Position numbers and translations under genes: made by a program. From assembly GCA_016748015.1 (NCBI GenBank), contig JAAOMT010000678.1:228389-292388 (forward strand): a DNA stretch of 64,000 nt, written 5' to 3'. This stretch comes from Geosiphon pyriformis uo1 (Eukaryota; Fungi; Glomeromycota). The notes beneath the pieces are model-generated. The model was given only the letters and a program-made list of their open reading frames with translations, did not search any database and was not told where the DNA came from. Each line of letters starts with the position of its first letter. Positions within the stretch are counted from its first letter, which is position 1. This document shows positions 25,718 to 37,242 of the stretch, one piece after another.

Positions 25718-28019
25718 CTGTTTTATGACAGCAATACTAGGGCCAACAACAGCCTCATAATCAAACAGAAATGGTTTGAATTTATCGTACTGAATGGTAA
25801 AAAAACTTTTTTCGAAAAACTTTTGACTCTTTTTTGGAAATTTTGGACGAAGGAGAGAAAGAAGTTTTTTTTAAATAATTTTTAAAATAATAAGTATAAT
25901 TCAATTATTATCTAGTATATATAAACAAACTAAGAATTTATAGCTAGATATAACTTATGTTCTTACTACTTAATTTTTTTCTAAAACATTTTTTATTATT
26001 AATTCTATTCTAAAATAAAAGACTAATTAAATTTTTTTTGAAAACTAAAAAATTAAAAAAATTTAATTAAAAAAATCTTTTTAATTATTTTAATTAATAT
26101 AATAAACTAAGTACTAATCAAGATTTTATTTATTTATACAACTTAAAAATTATTAATATTTGGATTTTTTTAAGCTTTTAAAATTAATTTACTTAGCAAA
26201 TATATCTTTAATAAATTTATTAGTAAATATTAATACTGTATTTAAACAAGCTTTTCTTAAACTAAAACAAACAACTCTAAAATAATATACATTATACACA
26301 CTCTAATTATATGAAACATGTTACAACAAAACCAAACATTCTGAAATACGAGGCTGATGTGGCTGAAAGTTAATTAATTCGACTACTAAATATTTTAATT
26401 ATCACACTTATTATTATACACAAATTTATGTGAATTACAGTTTTAAAATTAATATCATGCCAGAATATGACTAATTTTAAAGTTGGCTGAGATTATAAAT
26501 ATGAAACTAATTTATATTAAATCCACTATGGAACCCAAAGAATTATAGCACTATTAGAAGGATTCTCAAAAAAGAACAAGAAAAAATTGCTCCATACGTA
26601 ATTAAAATCAATGATACCCAAACTCTCCAGGAATATCTAGATAAAGAAAAAATCACTTATGAAATTGACCAAGGAGAATGAAAAATAATAGTCAATAAAC
26701 GAGCATTAACACCAACACATTATGAACCAAGAAAGAAATGAAAACTAGAAACATAAAGCAAATATCTGTTTCTTTATTTTTGTTAATTAATCTACAAAAA
26801 TCAAATAACAATCCCACTCAAAATGTTCTGCGAGTTACTGTTGCTTATCGCTGGTACTTTGCTCTACCATAAAACTTTCAATCAAGTCCGAATTATAACT
26901 CAAACGCTTTTTCAAGCGATAAAATCAAGGACAATTAAATCAAAATACCAGCTGCTCATTGAACGGAAATATTTATCAAGTTTGTGGGAAATTCTTAACA
27001 AGTTACTTGATAAAACTTCTGAGTTAGACTCAGTCGTATTTAACAAAATGGTTATAAAATAACCCAAAATGGACGGAAGAAAAAGCAATATCCCTTTTAT
27101 TCTAAAAGGCGAAGTGCTTAAAAAATGGGTAAAGAAAAGGAGAAGCATATTCAAACTGCGGAATCGTTCACTTTCTAATCTGACAACCTGATTTGATGGA
27201 TGCAATTGTTCTACAACGTGATATACCCCATGATCCAAGGGAGCGCAGCAAGATATAAACACGCACACTACACGTTCTTTTCTTCTCATAATTAGACAAA
27301 CATGGAACTAACTCCAGAATATACTTTTCAATATTTGAAAGACCACCCTGGCACCTCCTACGATTAAATTAAAAAGAAATACAATGAGCTGCAACAAGGT
27401 AAGCAAGCAATGAATACAGGTTTATTGGGAGAATAGTTCGAAAGTTATCAATGCTATTGCAAGAGAGGCTCGTAGAGTAGCCATTGGTAGTCGAAACGCG
27501 TTACTGGGCGTTTATTTGACAACTCATTCTGATATTTTCTTGTTGTATTCATTATATCTCTTCCTACATATATTCATCCGTCGTGGATATATTGACGCTA
27601 CATTTTTTCTGTATATTGCGTAACATCCGCAGACTCACCCATCTATCCATACTCGTGTCCCTCCATAGCCGTTGATGAGTAACCTTCTTCATATTCGCAT
27701 GTACCTTCGCAAAATTATGTCGCTATTCATTATCTCTCACATAATCGCTTGTATCCACACCGCAGACGCTAACTAATGATTTTGCCTATTCCATATCTTT
27801 GGTGCTGATCCTATATCTTTTAGAACCAATATTGGATTTCAGGTATGATGGGAAGCAGTACGTCGCCGTGGAGAAAGCATTTTCGGACTCGGAGTACTGC
27901 GATCCTCATGGCGTTGCCAAAACGTTCTGCCAGCACGTTGGCGAAGTGGGATTCGACAGAGTACTTATCTATGATTTATCCACCATGAAAACATCAATTA
28001 ATGAAGATGATTACATCTC

Positions 28020-29595
28020 TTAAGATTTGTCTAAATATAATTAATAGCAAAAATAAATAAGTGTTAAACAAGAGCATAAATTTTATTAATGATTAATAAT
28101 AGATGGATTTTCTTACCTTCAGGCAAATAAATTAATTCTTTTATAAATTGATGTTAATTTTTAATATACTGTATAATAATAATTAAACCAATTAATTAAT
28201 CATATAAAAATAGATAAACTAACCTTTAGAAAAATCAACCATCTGTGCAGTTAAAAGACGACTTGCATAAACTGCTCCTGGATGAATGGGCGTTGGCATT
28301 GTTGCTATTTTAAAGTTGTATATTAACATTTCAAACACGTATTTATCTGATTCTAAAAACTCGGACTCCGAGCCCATAAGTTGCCACAACTTCTCTTCAA
28401 CTTCTTTGGCATTAGGACGATTCTCAGGGTTAACATCCCAACACTTTTCAATGAGTTTAGCAATTGAAGGTGGAATAAGTGGGAAGGTAATCTTAGGTCT
28501 AGCTCCATTTAAAATATCCTTTATAAGAAGGTGGTCATGAGAACGATCATGAAAGGGAGGCTTTCTTGTTGCTAATTCCCATAATAACATGGCAAAACTA
28601 TAAATATCACCAGCTGTTGTAAACTTTTCTCCTCTTAAAACTTCTGGTGGAATGTATGGAATTACTCCATATATCTTTTTTTCCTTTGTGTCTTTTTTTG
28701 TTGTTGTTATTGTCGTTGCCTCATGATTTGTAGGCTGAGATAATCCGAGGTCTCCAATTTTAGGACTATATTCATAATATTGTAGGATGTTGCCCGAGTG
28801 TAGGTCACGATGAACCATACCAGAAGAATGAATTGAATCAAGTCCTTGAGCTATTCTGTACGGAATCTCTAATTTATCAGACCAACTCGTAGTATAAAAA
28901 TTTGTTGATAAATATCTTCGCATGTCTCCATGTTCGGCCAAGTACATCACCATCCCATACTCGAGTGTTTCAGCGTTTTGTGTAATCCCCCATATTGAGG
29001 TGACACAGCTTAAATAGCTATCATTATTAAACGTAACTCTTTGAATATTTAACTATTAATAATGTAAAAAAAGATAAAGTAAATAAATAAATAAATAATA
29101 GGTAAATATGAATTAATTTTATATAAATATAAACAATAATACTTTGTTTACCTCTTTAAACACTTCTTCACTGTTCTTTGGAATTTTTATAACTATTTGC
29201 ATCCCTTTGGTATGTTCCCATCTTTCATATTCCATTTCACCATTATGTTTTATACTCCAGTTATTCATCTTTCCATCAGTTAGGGTTGCTTTATAAATTA
29301 TACTGAACCCTCCTCTAGCAATTTCGTTGATATTCGACAAACGCTCCCATGGAATCCAAGAATAGTAATTCAACATACCATTATATTTCTTAGATGGAAT
29401 ATAGACTGGATTCTTAATTATTTCATCAATTAGTTTATTGCCGCTTGAAAAGTCGCGATAAAGTTTTTTGAAAAATATGAAGTGGCATGCAGTACAATGA
29501 TTATTACTATTTCCTTTAATACTCTCTTGACACCGTTCACATTCGTTGCAATCATGAGCATATAGAGGAGTGATTTTAATTTCTTTGTTTTCCAT
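28020..29595 (-). CDS. Tyrosine-kinase-like (TKL) protein kinase of the family expanded in Glomeromycotina
   Basis: Exons 29595-29152 and 29052-28224, plus uncertain small terminal exons. Motifs: WIPWERL, IARGGFSIIYKA, IVIK, WGITQN, HRDLHSGNIL, DLG, YGVIPYIPPEV and DIYSFAMLLWE. The N-terminus is Cys-rich. Confidence 0.92.
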
Positions 29596-30222
29596 GATGT
29601 GGATAAAGGATAAAGGATAAAATGTGAATAGGCTATTATTAGGAAGAGGGTTTTTCTGAAGCTTTATTTGATGTACGTTTAGAAAGTAATATTTTAAAAT
29701 CAGTAAACAGGTTTAAGTAGCTGTAGTGCACAAGTGAGTAGTTACAATAATAAACGTAATACAAAGCGTGAATGTCACCCAACCTCATATTTATTCCACT
29801 ACCGATTTTGTTAGTACTTTTAGCGCAACAACTCATCAAACTTAAACTGGTGTTCATCGATTTCTAAAAATACAAAAAAAAGAGCTTTTATTTAAATTTA
29901 TTATTAACTTAGTATATATTATTATTTATATTTAATATTAATTATTTAAAAATTAATCATTTAAATTATTTATTATTAATAAATTTAACACAAATACAAT
30001 TAAGTCATGTATTAAATTAAAATATATAATATTTAAAAAGTTTATTAAAATGTAAATAGTTAAATAATTTCAAAGTAAATTAAAAAATATAAATTATTTC
30101 ATTTGGAAATAATTAATTTTAAACAAATCTTGATTGAAATAAACAAGCTGTCAAATGGTTTGAAAATTGTGGTCATTTATTGTAAAAAGTTTTGCTAATT
30201 TGTTTCTGCAAACTTCAATGAT

Positions 30223-31250
30223 TTGACCTCTAATCAGCATAAATTGACAAAACATTTTTGCCATCAACACGGTAATTTTGCTACATTTAGGGAAGGAAAG
30301 CTGTCTGCGATTGACAAGAGCATCAGAATAGGTAAAAAGCGCAAGAAAAAAATCACAGAAGCTCATCTTAAACTTCAAAAGATGGAAAAATATTTTCAAC
30401 CATACATTATTATTCAGATGTAGCTAAACAATTCTCTTGAAGCCATGAATGGGTTTGAGTTGACAATCGCCACTTTTATACTAAAAATTCCCATATCGGT
30501 CAATCACAACAGGTTTGGATAGTCTCAACTCATCAAATATAAACTTAAGTTTTACACAGATGTTCATGAAGGAAAAGACACTAATTAATACGAAAACGAG
30601 AAACCCCCAAAAGCTGTAATATAGGCGAGTGCAGGTTCATGCAAATTGTGGAATTTTGCTTCAAGGCAAAGCACCCGCGAATATTATCGATGAGGCATTG
30701 ATTGTTAGGGAAGAATGATTAGGTGTAATGCGAATCAGAAAGGTTTATCAGCACACTCTCTATCATTTTGATCTCGAAAAGATCTGTTACATGGTAATTT
30801 CCTATAAAAGGTGTAGGACGTATAGTTCGCATTTTCAAGTATTTGCACTCAAAAAGATAAGTTAATAGTATCCTCTTCATCGGAAAACAGTTAAATTCTT
30901 CACCCGCGAATTTGATGCTATTATAATTCCTCCTTTTGGAATGTCGGACATGATGAATTGCAAGACAAGAAAAATTACACGAAAAGCTGTCCCGGAAACT
31001 TTCGACTACATCTGATCAGCAAGGCCCAAGAATTAAGGTATTATTATCCAGAACGAAGCTTACATATCCAAACTTGTAGTCAATGTGTGTTGCAAACATC
31101 CAAAGAATTGGTGTACAACTGCCGGAATTGTGGGATTGTTATGAAAATGGCGCTCGGAAGATCTTCAACCCTCCTCTAGGCATTGCTTGGTCCTACAGTG
31201 ACCATGGAAGAAATAATAGGTATCTGCACAAAGTAGGGTTAAAAAATTTT
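30223..31250 (+). mobile_element. Decayed IS607-like element 1: weak TnpA traces plus Fanzor2/TnpB nuclease remnant
   Basis: Ordered motifs across frameshifts: HF(R)SRKD 30764, VGRIVRIFKYL 30813, LHRKTVKFFTREFDAIIIPPF 30875-30937, KTRKITRKAV, FRLHLISKAQEL 31000, IIIQNEAYISK 31040, CSQC 31075, VYNCRNCGIVM 31111 and ENGARKIF 31143-31166. Element ends are approximate. Confidence 0.82.
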
Positions 31251-32536
31251 CTCGATTTTTAACAGTCAAAAAGCATTATAAATTTTATTAATTTTTAATT
31301 TAGAACAAATAAAACAATGAAATTAAAGGTTATAACTAAAAAAATTCAAATAAATAAAATTATATTTTTATATACATAATAACTTCTAATTATTACTTCT
31401 TAAAATTACTATATTCAAAACCAATATATTAAAAAACTAACAAATTAATGGCTATTTATATTCGGAAGTATGCAAATTTTGATCTGCACGGAATAATTTT
31501 AATTCGTTTCCCCCGATTTTTTTGTCTGAAGTAAAATTTGGATAATTATCAATACCATCAACCTAAATAGATCGCGCCCACGAAGGGAAATCCCAAGAGT
31601 ATTATTTATATTTGTTGTCAAAATTAGCTATTTTAAAAATCAGTACGCTATTTTTATGTATTTTTCCTCATAGATGTGAGCATCTTTATTTGTGTGAAAT
31701 TAACTGATCATTGTGTGACTTTTGTTAATTACTAGCTTTCCAAAGCCAAGTGTATGATGGTTTTAATTTTGGCATCCCTGTTCAATTCTCGCCAGTGTAG
31801 ATATGCCATCGGGGTTACCCTAGTAGTTTCTCTACTTTTTGGTGGTGCCTCCATCTTTGATGATAAAATTAATCAAAACCACCCCTTTTATATTATTGGC
31901 TAGCTATAGATAACCCTGATTTTTCTATTAATAAATATTTTATCAATGCCGTCACTTTTCTCGACCACTCATATTCATTTTTGAGCTGGTGATCAAAATT
32001 GGGGTTATGGTATGACAAACAATACAATAGGAAAGAGTTAAATTGGTAACATGTCTTTTCTCTTTCATTTAAATTCTTTGATATCAATTTTCAACTATCC
32101 CATCCAAAACATTTTTTCTGTGATGAATTCATTCAAAATTCTATTCTCATGCGAAACTGTAATATTTTTCATTGAGTAAATATTAATTTTCTTTAACTGT
32201 TTAATAACTTTTTCTCTATTAGATTTAGGAACTCGTCTATACTCGGATAATTGGCTTTTTGGATTCTCCTCTACTTTTTTCAACTTTGCCATCTCTCAAT
32301 TGATCATCATTTTATCAGCGGATTCAGCACTTGAATTGATTATTTCCGTTCTTTAAACGGATAATTCATATGCATTTTTGTTCACTGAAGTGTTGACGAT
32401 ATCACTCCAAGATAAACTGGGCAGATAATTAATTAGCAGTCCACCAATTGAAAAATTGCATCATTACGTATCACTGGACCTATAACAGGCAGCGAGCAGA
32501 TCCGGCCGATAATTAGCAGCTGGAGGATAAAATAGC

Positions 32537-34808
32537 TTAGTCGCTATCTGACTCGCTTTCACTATTATCCCAAATGTCCGATAAATCGGTATCCGTGTCT
32601 TTACCAAAAAGTTCATCATGAAGGGATATGGATGATGGTAAAGCAGAAATTGAAATAACTTCTCTAGATGTTGGGGCATATTTAACGAAACCATTTTTCT
32701 GGTTTGAAGATAATTCTCGAGTGTTCTCCAAGTAAGCCTGAGGTTTTTCATCAATTTCTTTCATTCTATTGGGCTCTTCATGGTTTTCACGCTGACCATA
32801 ATCTAAATGATTCAATATTTCTTGTCCATTAGTTGATTTCTTTATGGCATCTTGTGACATCCCTTCGGTGATGTCTTTTAAAGAATAAGTATCACCATTT
32901 ATAGAATTATCGATAACAACGCCTGTGTTGTTATTCACCGGAATATCAGGCCTAAAATCAAGTCTCATATCATCTATGGACTCAGAGGCTACATCGTCGG
33001 TTAAGCGAGCAGTCTTGGAGGTTATAGCTTGATCTCCATCCAATTCTTGCTTAAAAAGATCTGTTATTGCCTCAGAATTACTTATCACTAAGCCCTTATT
33101 GGACCCTTCTATTTGGGTTCGTTTACCCGTTCTACGAGATGTGCCCGTAGGGTACGGTAAAGAAAATTCGTAATCGTTATAGTAACTGTTACTCCTTAAT
33201 GAATCAGAGCCATTAGCGGTACTGACTCCGGCTTTCTTACTTGCGCTTCTAGTTCGTGTAAGGTAAACAGCTGCATTTGCGTGCATCATGGCCATACGCT
33301 GAGCTGTTCGCTCTTGTTTTTTGCGTTTTTCGTCCTTTTTGTCTTTTGCCTGATTAGTCAATATAAAAATAAGATTAATATAAAAAGATATCCTAAAATC
33401 AATGCATTCTTTAATAAATACCTGTGTCAGCTCCTCAACTTTTGGAATTAAATATCCTTTCAACTTTGCGTGTAAGGCTCTGTCGTTAATGAAAGATTTC
33501 GGTTTTAATTGATTGGGATCGTCGGTAAAATTCTTGACGTCATTCAAACTTGTTGTAATAGCCCCCCATTTTATATTTTCGTGAGTAAGAGGAATACCAC
33601 GCTTTGGATATCCCTCTCGATAGATTCTCGCAGCATCTAATAACGTTAACATTTGCAACAACTCTTTTATGGAAAAATATCCTGAAAAGCATAAAAAAAA
33701 AGAAAACGTTTGAAATCATACTTACTACCCACAAAATAATAATTGGCATTCTTGCGGTCTTTTCCAATAATTTCCACCTTCAATGGATTTGTGTCTTCAG
33801 TTTTTTGCCGATTTTTGTAGCTTGTATCAATAAGATCTCGAACTGACTTGCACTCTTTTAATTGCCAATTAACGAGACTGTACAAGATTGAAACCTGAGT
33901 TGATAGCGCAACCCTCATTAATACTGATCCAAAAAAAAAAACAAAGGATCGTTTGAGATGTCATGAAACTTTTAAACGCATTTACTCACTCTATCTTCTA
34001 CCTTAAGTTCATAATAATTATTATTCTTAACACTACGCATTGGGTTATAATTCACATAGAAATCAACCCGTTTCTTCAAGTGTTGGTCGATCGTTTCCGA
34101 CAGAACCCTCTTCCATTGGTTTCGACTTGTGTTTGATATAAATTTAAAATAAGATACGGGGTAAGACGAAAGAAATGATTTAATTGTTCGAAGTCAAGCA
34201 ATCCAGCGATTGAAGAAATTCTATGAAATATGCGAATTTGGAAATTCCTTGCGAGAATTTTTGTATGGCATAAAAAACCAACTTACTCGACAGCCTTCTT
34301 CCTATTTAAGACATTCGTCAAGAAGACGCAATGTATATTCTCCAAAAGTTCGTCTGAAGAGGTACTATACAACGCTTGTTCCAATTCCTGCAATAAAAAT
34401 CCAAAAATTAAATATATATAGCTCTGATCCATTAGAGAGGACATCTCAAGACATTAAGCCAGCTTTCTCGGCGATTAAATAGGGGGAACGGTATACATTG
34501 AAGATGAGTGATGCATAAGATTTGAAGGAATCATGTATTCAGTCCATGAGTATTGTAAAAGACACCCCACCTGAGCAAGCTTTCAACTTTTTATCGAATA
34601 ATTGATTTCTTACCTCAGGCCAAAACTCTATATTCTTTAAAACAGCTTTAAACTTGTCGCAAAAAGCAATGATGAACGCAGTCTCCCACATATCTCGTGC
34701 TTTACTTGTATCAAAGACAGCCAATCTACCATTTTGTAAAGAGGGGCGCATCGTGAAGGAAGTTGAAGCAGTAGCAGAGCTGCTCGAGGTCGCTGTAGCC
34801 GTTGACAT
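32537..34808 (-). CDS. DDT/WHIM-domain chromatin-remodelling subunit (ISWI partner; Ioc3/RSF1/CECR2-like)
   Basis: Spliced exons give WETAFIIAFCDKF...PE|ELEQAL...LLENIHCVFL (DDT-like), YYELKVEDR|VSILYSLVNWQL (WHIM1-like) and PLKVEIIGKDRKNANYYF...WGAITTSL (WHIM2/3-like), followed by a basic helix and an acidic tail. Confidence 0.75.
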
Positions 34809-35439
34809 CAGAACAATTTAGCTCCAGAAAGGTTGGTTGAAAATAACTAGGGATCTTTACAATATGTTAAGCTTTCTTGCGAAAAGATTGGAAGGAATCC
34901 TATCCGGGAGAAAATCCACAGGTTTCCGAAATTTCTTCCCAGCTCTGCAAAGAGTATATCTTTAGTGAAGAGTCGTTTTTTTTTTTTGCGAACAGATCCA
35001 ACGCGAAGAGAAATCAATTGAAATTTTCTTAAAATCGGACTCGCTTGCATTTTTATATTTTTTTAAATGTGATAGATCCCGGGATGACAGGATATCTAAA
35101 ATTAACCAATCAAGTGCAAGTCGGATCTCCTGTAATTTCTGGCGATCAATTTTCTAAAGGTAATAAATTTGAAAAATTTTATTATTTCTTGCAATAAAAT
35201 TTGTAAAAATAGCTTTTTATAATAATCAATTTAGTCATGCTAATGGTAAAAAATTATTATTGGGCGACAAATTTTAACTTCCAGATAATTGTAATAATAA
35301 ATGCTAATAAAATGATCAGATAAAGCGTGTAGCTACCTAAATATCTCATAATAATCGTGAGATAGTTAGATGATACATTTCGAATGCTGCTCACTAAATA
35401 CGGATGGATTGTAAAACATCAATAATACTAGGCATTGGT

Positions 35440-36290
35440 GAAATTCTTCGTCGGATGTGCGAGACCGCTTTGTCAAGTTGCCAGGCCCTATATTTCTTAG
35501 GTATCGACTTTTTTCGAAATGAGTGCACAGGCGAAAAATTCTTCCAATGTCACAAGAGCCTATTTACCCATGCCTTTAGAGAGATGAGGGGTGTGCGAAC
35601 GCCAGATCAATAAAGACTGAATGGACGGAGCTGTCCCCTTGAGTTTCGCGGACTTGTCTTTGCGTATCGTAGACCCAAGAAAACATCTATTCCTTGATGA
35701 TTAAGTTTGCCGTCAGATGTAATGTTGTGCCGGTAAGGCTACTTATTTTTTCTGCGCTTAGCTTTAAAGTGGAGAGTTCATAGCAGGAGTTATAAAAAAT
35801 TCAAAAATATAATCCTAGACATTTTTAGAAAATAAAATCTTACCTAACGAAGTATGAAGATATGAGACATAAAAGCAATTCTACAAAGATGATGAAAATT
35901 TCTGAGCGCGAATCGTAATACTGTAATGCAATGACTTAATTGACTGAAAAGAAAGATGAAGCATGTTGTCGCTGTGTATTACCTCTAATAAATTCGTCTC
36001 GTGCTGTCAGCCCCCTTCATCCGCGAACCGAACCTAAGCAACCTCATAAGAGCATGCCGAGACAAACGACACCCCTACAAAACTCTCATTTGCCAAAAAG
36101 AAGACGCTTTTGTTGAAACGTCATAAGCTTCAACCATTTCTTTTCCACAATACATTTTGCTTTTTAATACAACACTGACTCGACATCGCTGAGAAGTTCG
36201 TAGGTTGGAAGTCGAGAAAGGAGGCGTTTTTTGTCGCCTGAGATCCTCTTTTTGCTTGGGGCTAGAGACATGAGCGTAAAGATAATCTTA
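35440..36290 (-). mobile_element. Decayed IS607-like element 2: serine-recombinase TnpA plus Fanzor2/TnpB remnant
   Basis: YLYAHVSSPKQKEDLRRQ (36284-36231) resembles the YARVSS..QK.DL.RQ motif, followed by LPTYELLSDV. Then SITIRAQ 35922, ITSDGKL 35723, RETQG...FID(P)GVRTP 35650-35589 (RuvC-I, 1-nt deletion), DIGRIFRLCTH 35551 and LDKAVSHIRRRI. Confidence 0.85.
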
Positions 36291-37242
36291 GAATGAGAAA
36301 TAGTAGAATATTTATAGAACTTATATTTAATAGAATTTTTTTTTTTAATATATTATTAAAGTAATATATATAAACAGAATTAAATTGGGCAATAAAAATT
36401 ATGTAAAAATTGATGATGCAATTAAATTTTGTGTGTATTTATACAAATATTGATTAAAAAAAACTTAAATAATGTATACGTAAATAATCTTTTATAACTG
36501 TTTATTTTGTGATTCTTACTTACAAATATTAATTAAAACTAAATTTTTAATTATAACACCAAACTCTTAAATAAACATTAACCAGGTTAAATCTCAAGTT
36601 TCGAACGTATGATCGGACATTTTGAATCAAAATTCAAGTTGGTTTACACTTTAGAAGGCAGAAACTCAATTCACCATCACCATTTAGCACATAATTGGGA
36701 TCATAATGATAAATAAGTGTTATTTCTACAGAATTTATTTAATAAAAAGTGTGTTTGTGCCTGTGTGTAAAAATATTTTACCTATGAAATGCCAAGGGTT
36801 TGGGAATTTAGAATGATGAATGCTAGGGGATTTATAAAAATACTTACTACTTAAAGCAGTGTATTGGTTGTATGAATAGTTTTTTGAATATAAAAAGTAC
36901 AATTAATGGTAATATTTTGGAGCTAATGATTTAAATGTATATTATTATGTATAAAGGGATATGATCTTAATCGAGGGACAATTGACTTGAAAGTCAATGA
37001 GCAGAAGTGAAGGTCAATTTCAAATGACTTTAGAAATCGAAAATACAAATAAATAGGTTATTCCAGGAAGAAGATATCTAATTATTCTACAAAACAAAAT
37101 CAATCCGTTAATATATGCCAAACTTCCCGATAGGATTGCCTCTGTTTCAGTGTTTCAGTAATATCTACAATATTAATCAGCTATTCGGAACTGAGCCCAA
37201 GCCAACTGTTTACGGCGGTATTCGGGAGTTTGATTCTAGAAT

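Larger units (their letters stand above)
19120..25865 (-). mobile_element. Full-length LINE copy B, less mutated, with RNase H
   Basis: Short 5' leader, ORF1, ORF2, an approximately 110-nt 3' UTR and an A-rich tail; domains are listed in the two pseudogene entries. Confidence 0.96.

Noticed and set aside
26319-27626. TGTTAC...GTAACA pair as another solo LTR
   Set aside because: There is no target-site duplication (aaca versus tccg) and the interior is heterogeneous.
27420-28023. Gene-like fragment including ORF 27799-28023
   Set aside because: No recognisable family or consistent exon chain; it may be a pseudogene fragment.
30958-31179. 73-aa ORF as a standalone zinc-finger gene
   Set aside because: It is a frameshifted composite of the Fanzor relic C-terminus.
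31540-32400. Possible snRNA or small spliced gene, and minus-strand ORFs at 31893 and 32095
   Set aside because: I see no match to U1/U2/U4/U5/U6 hallmark sequences, and the frames are short with no motifs.
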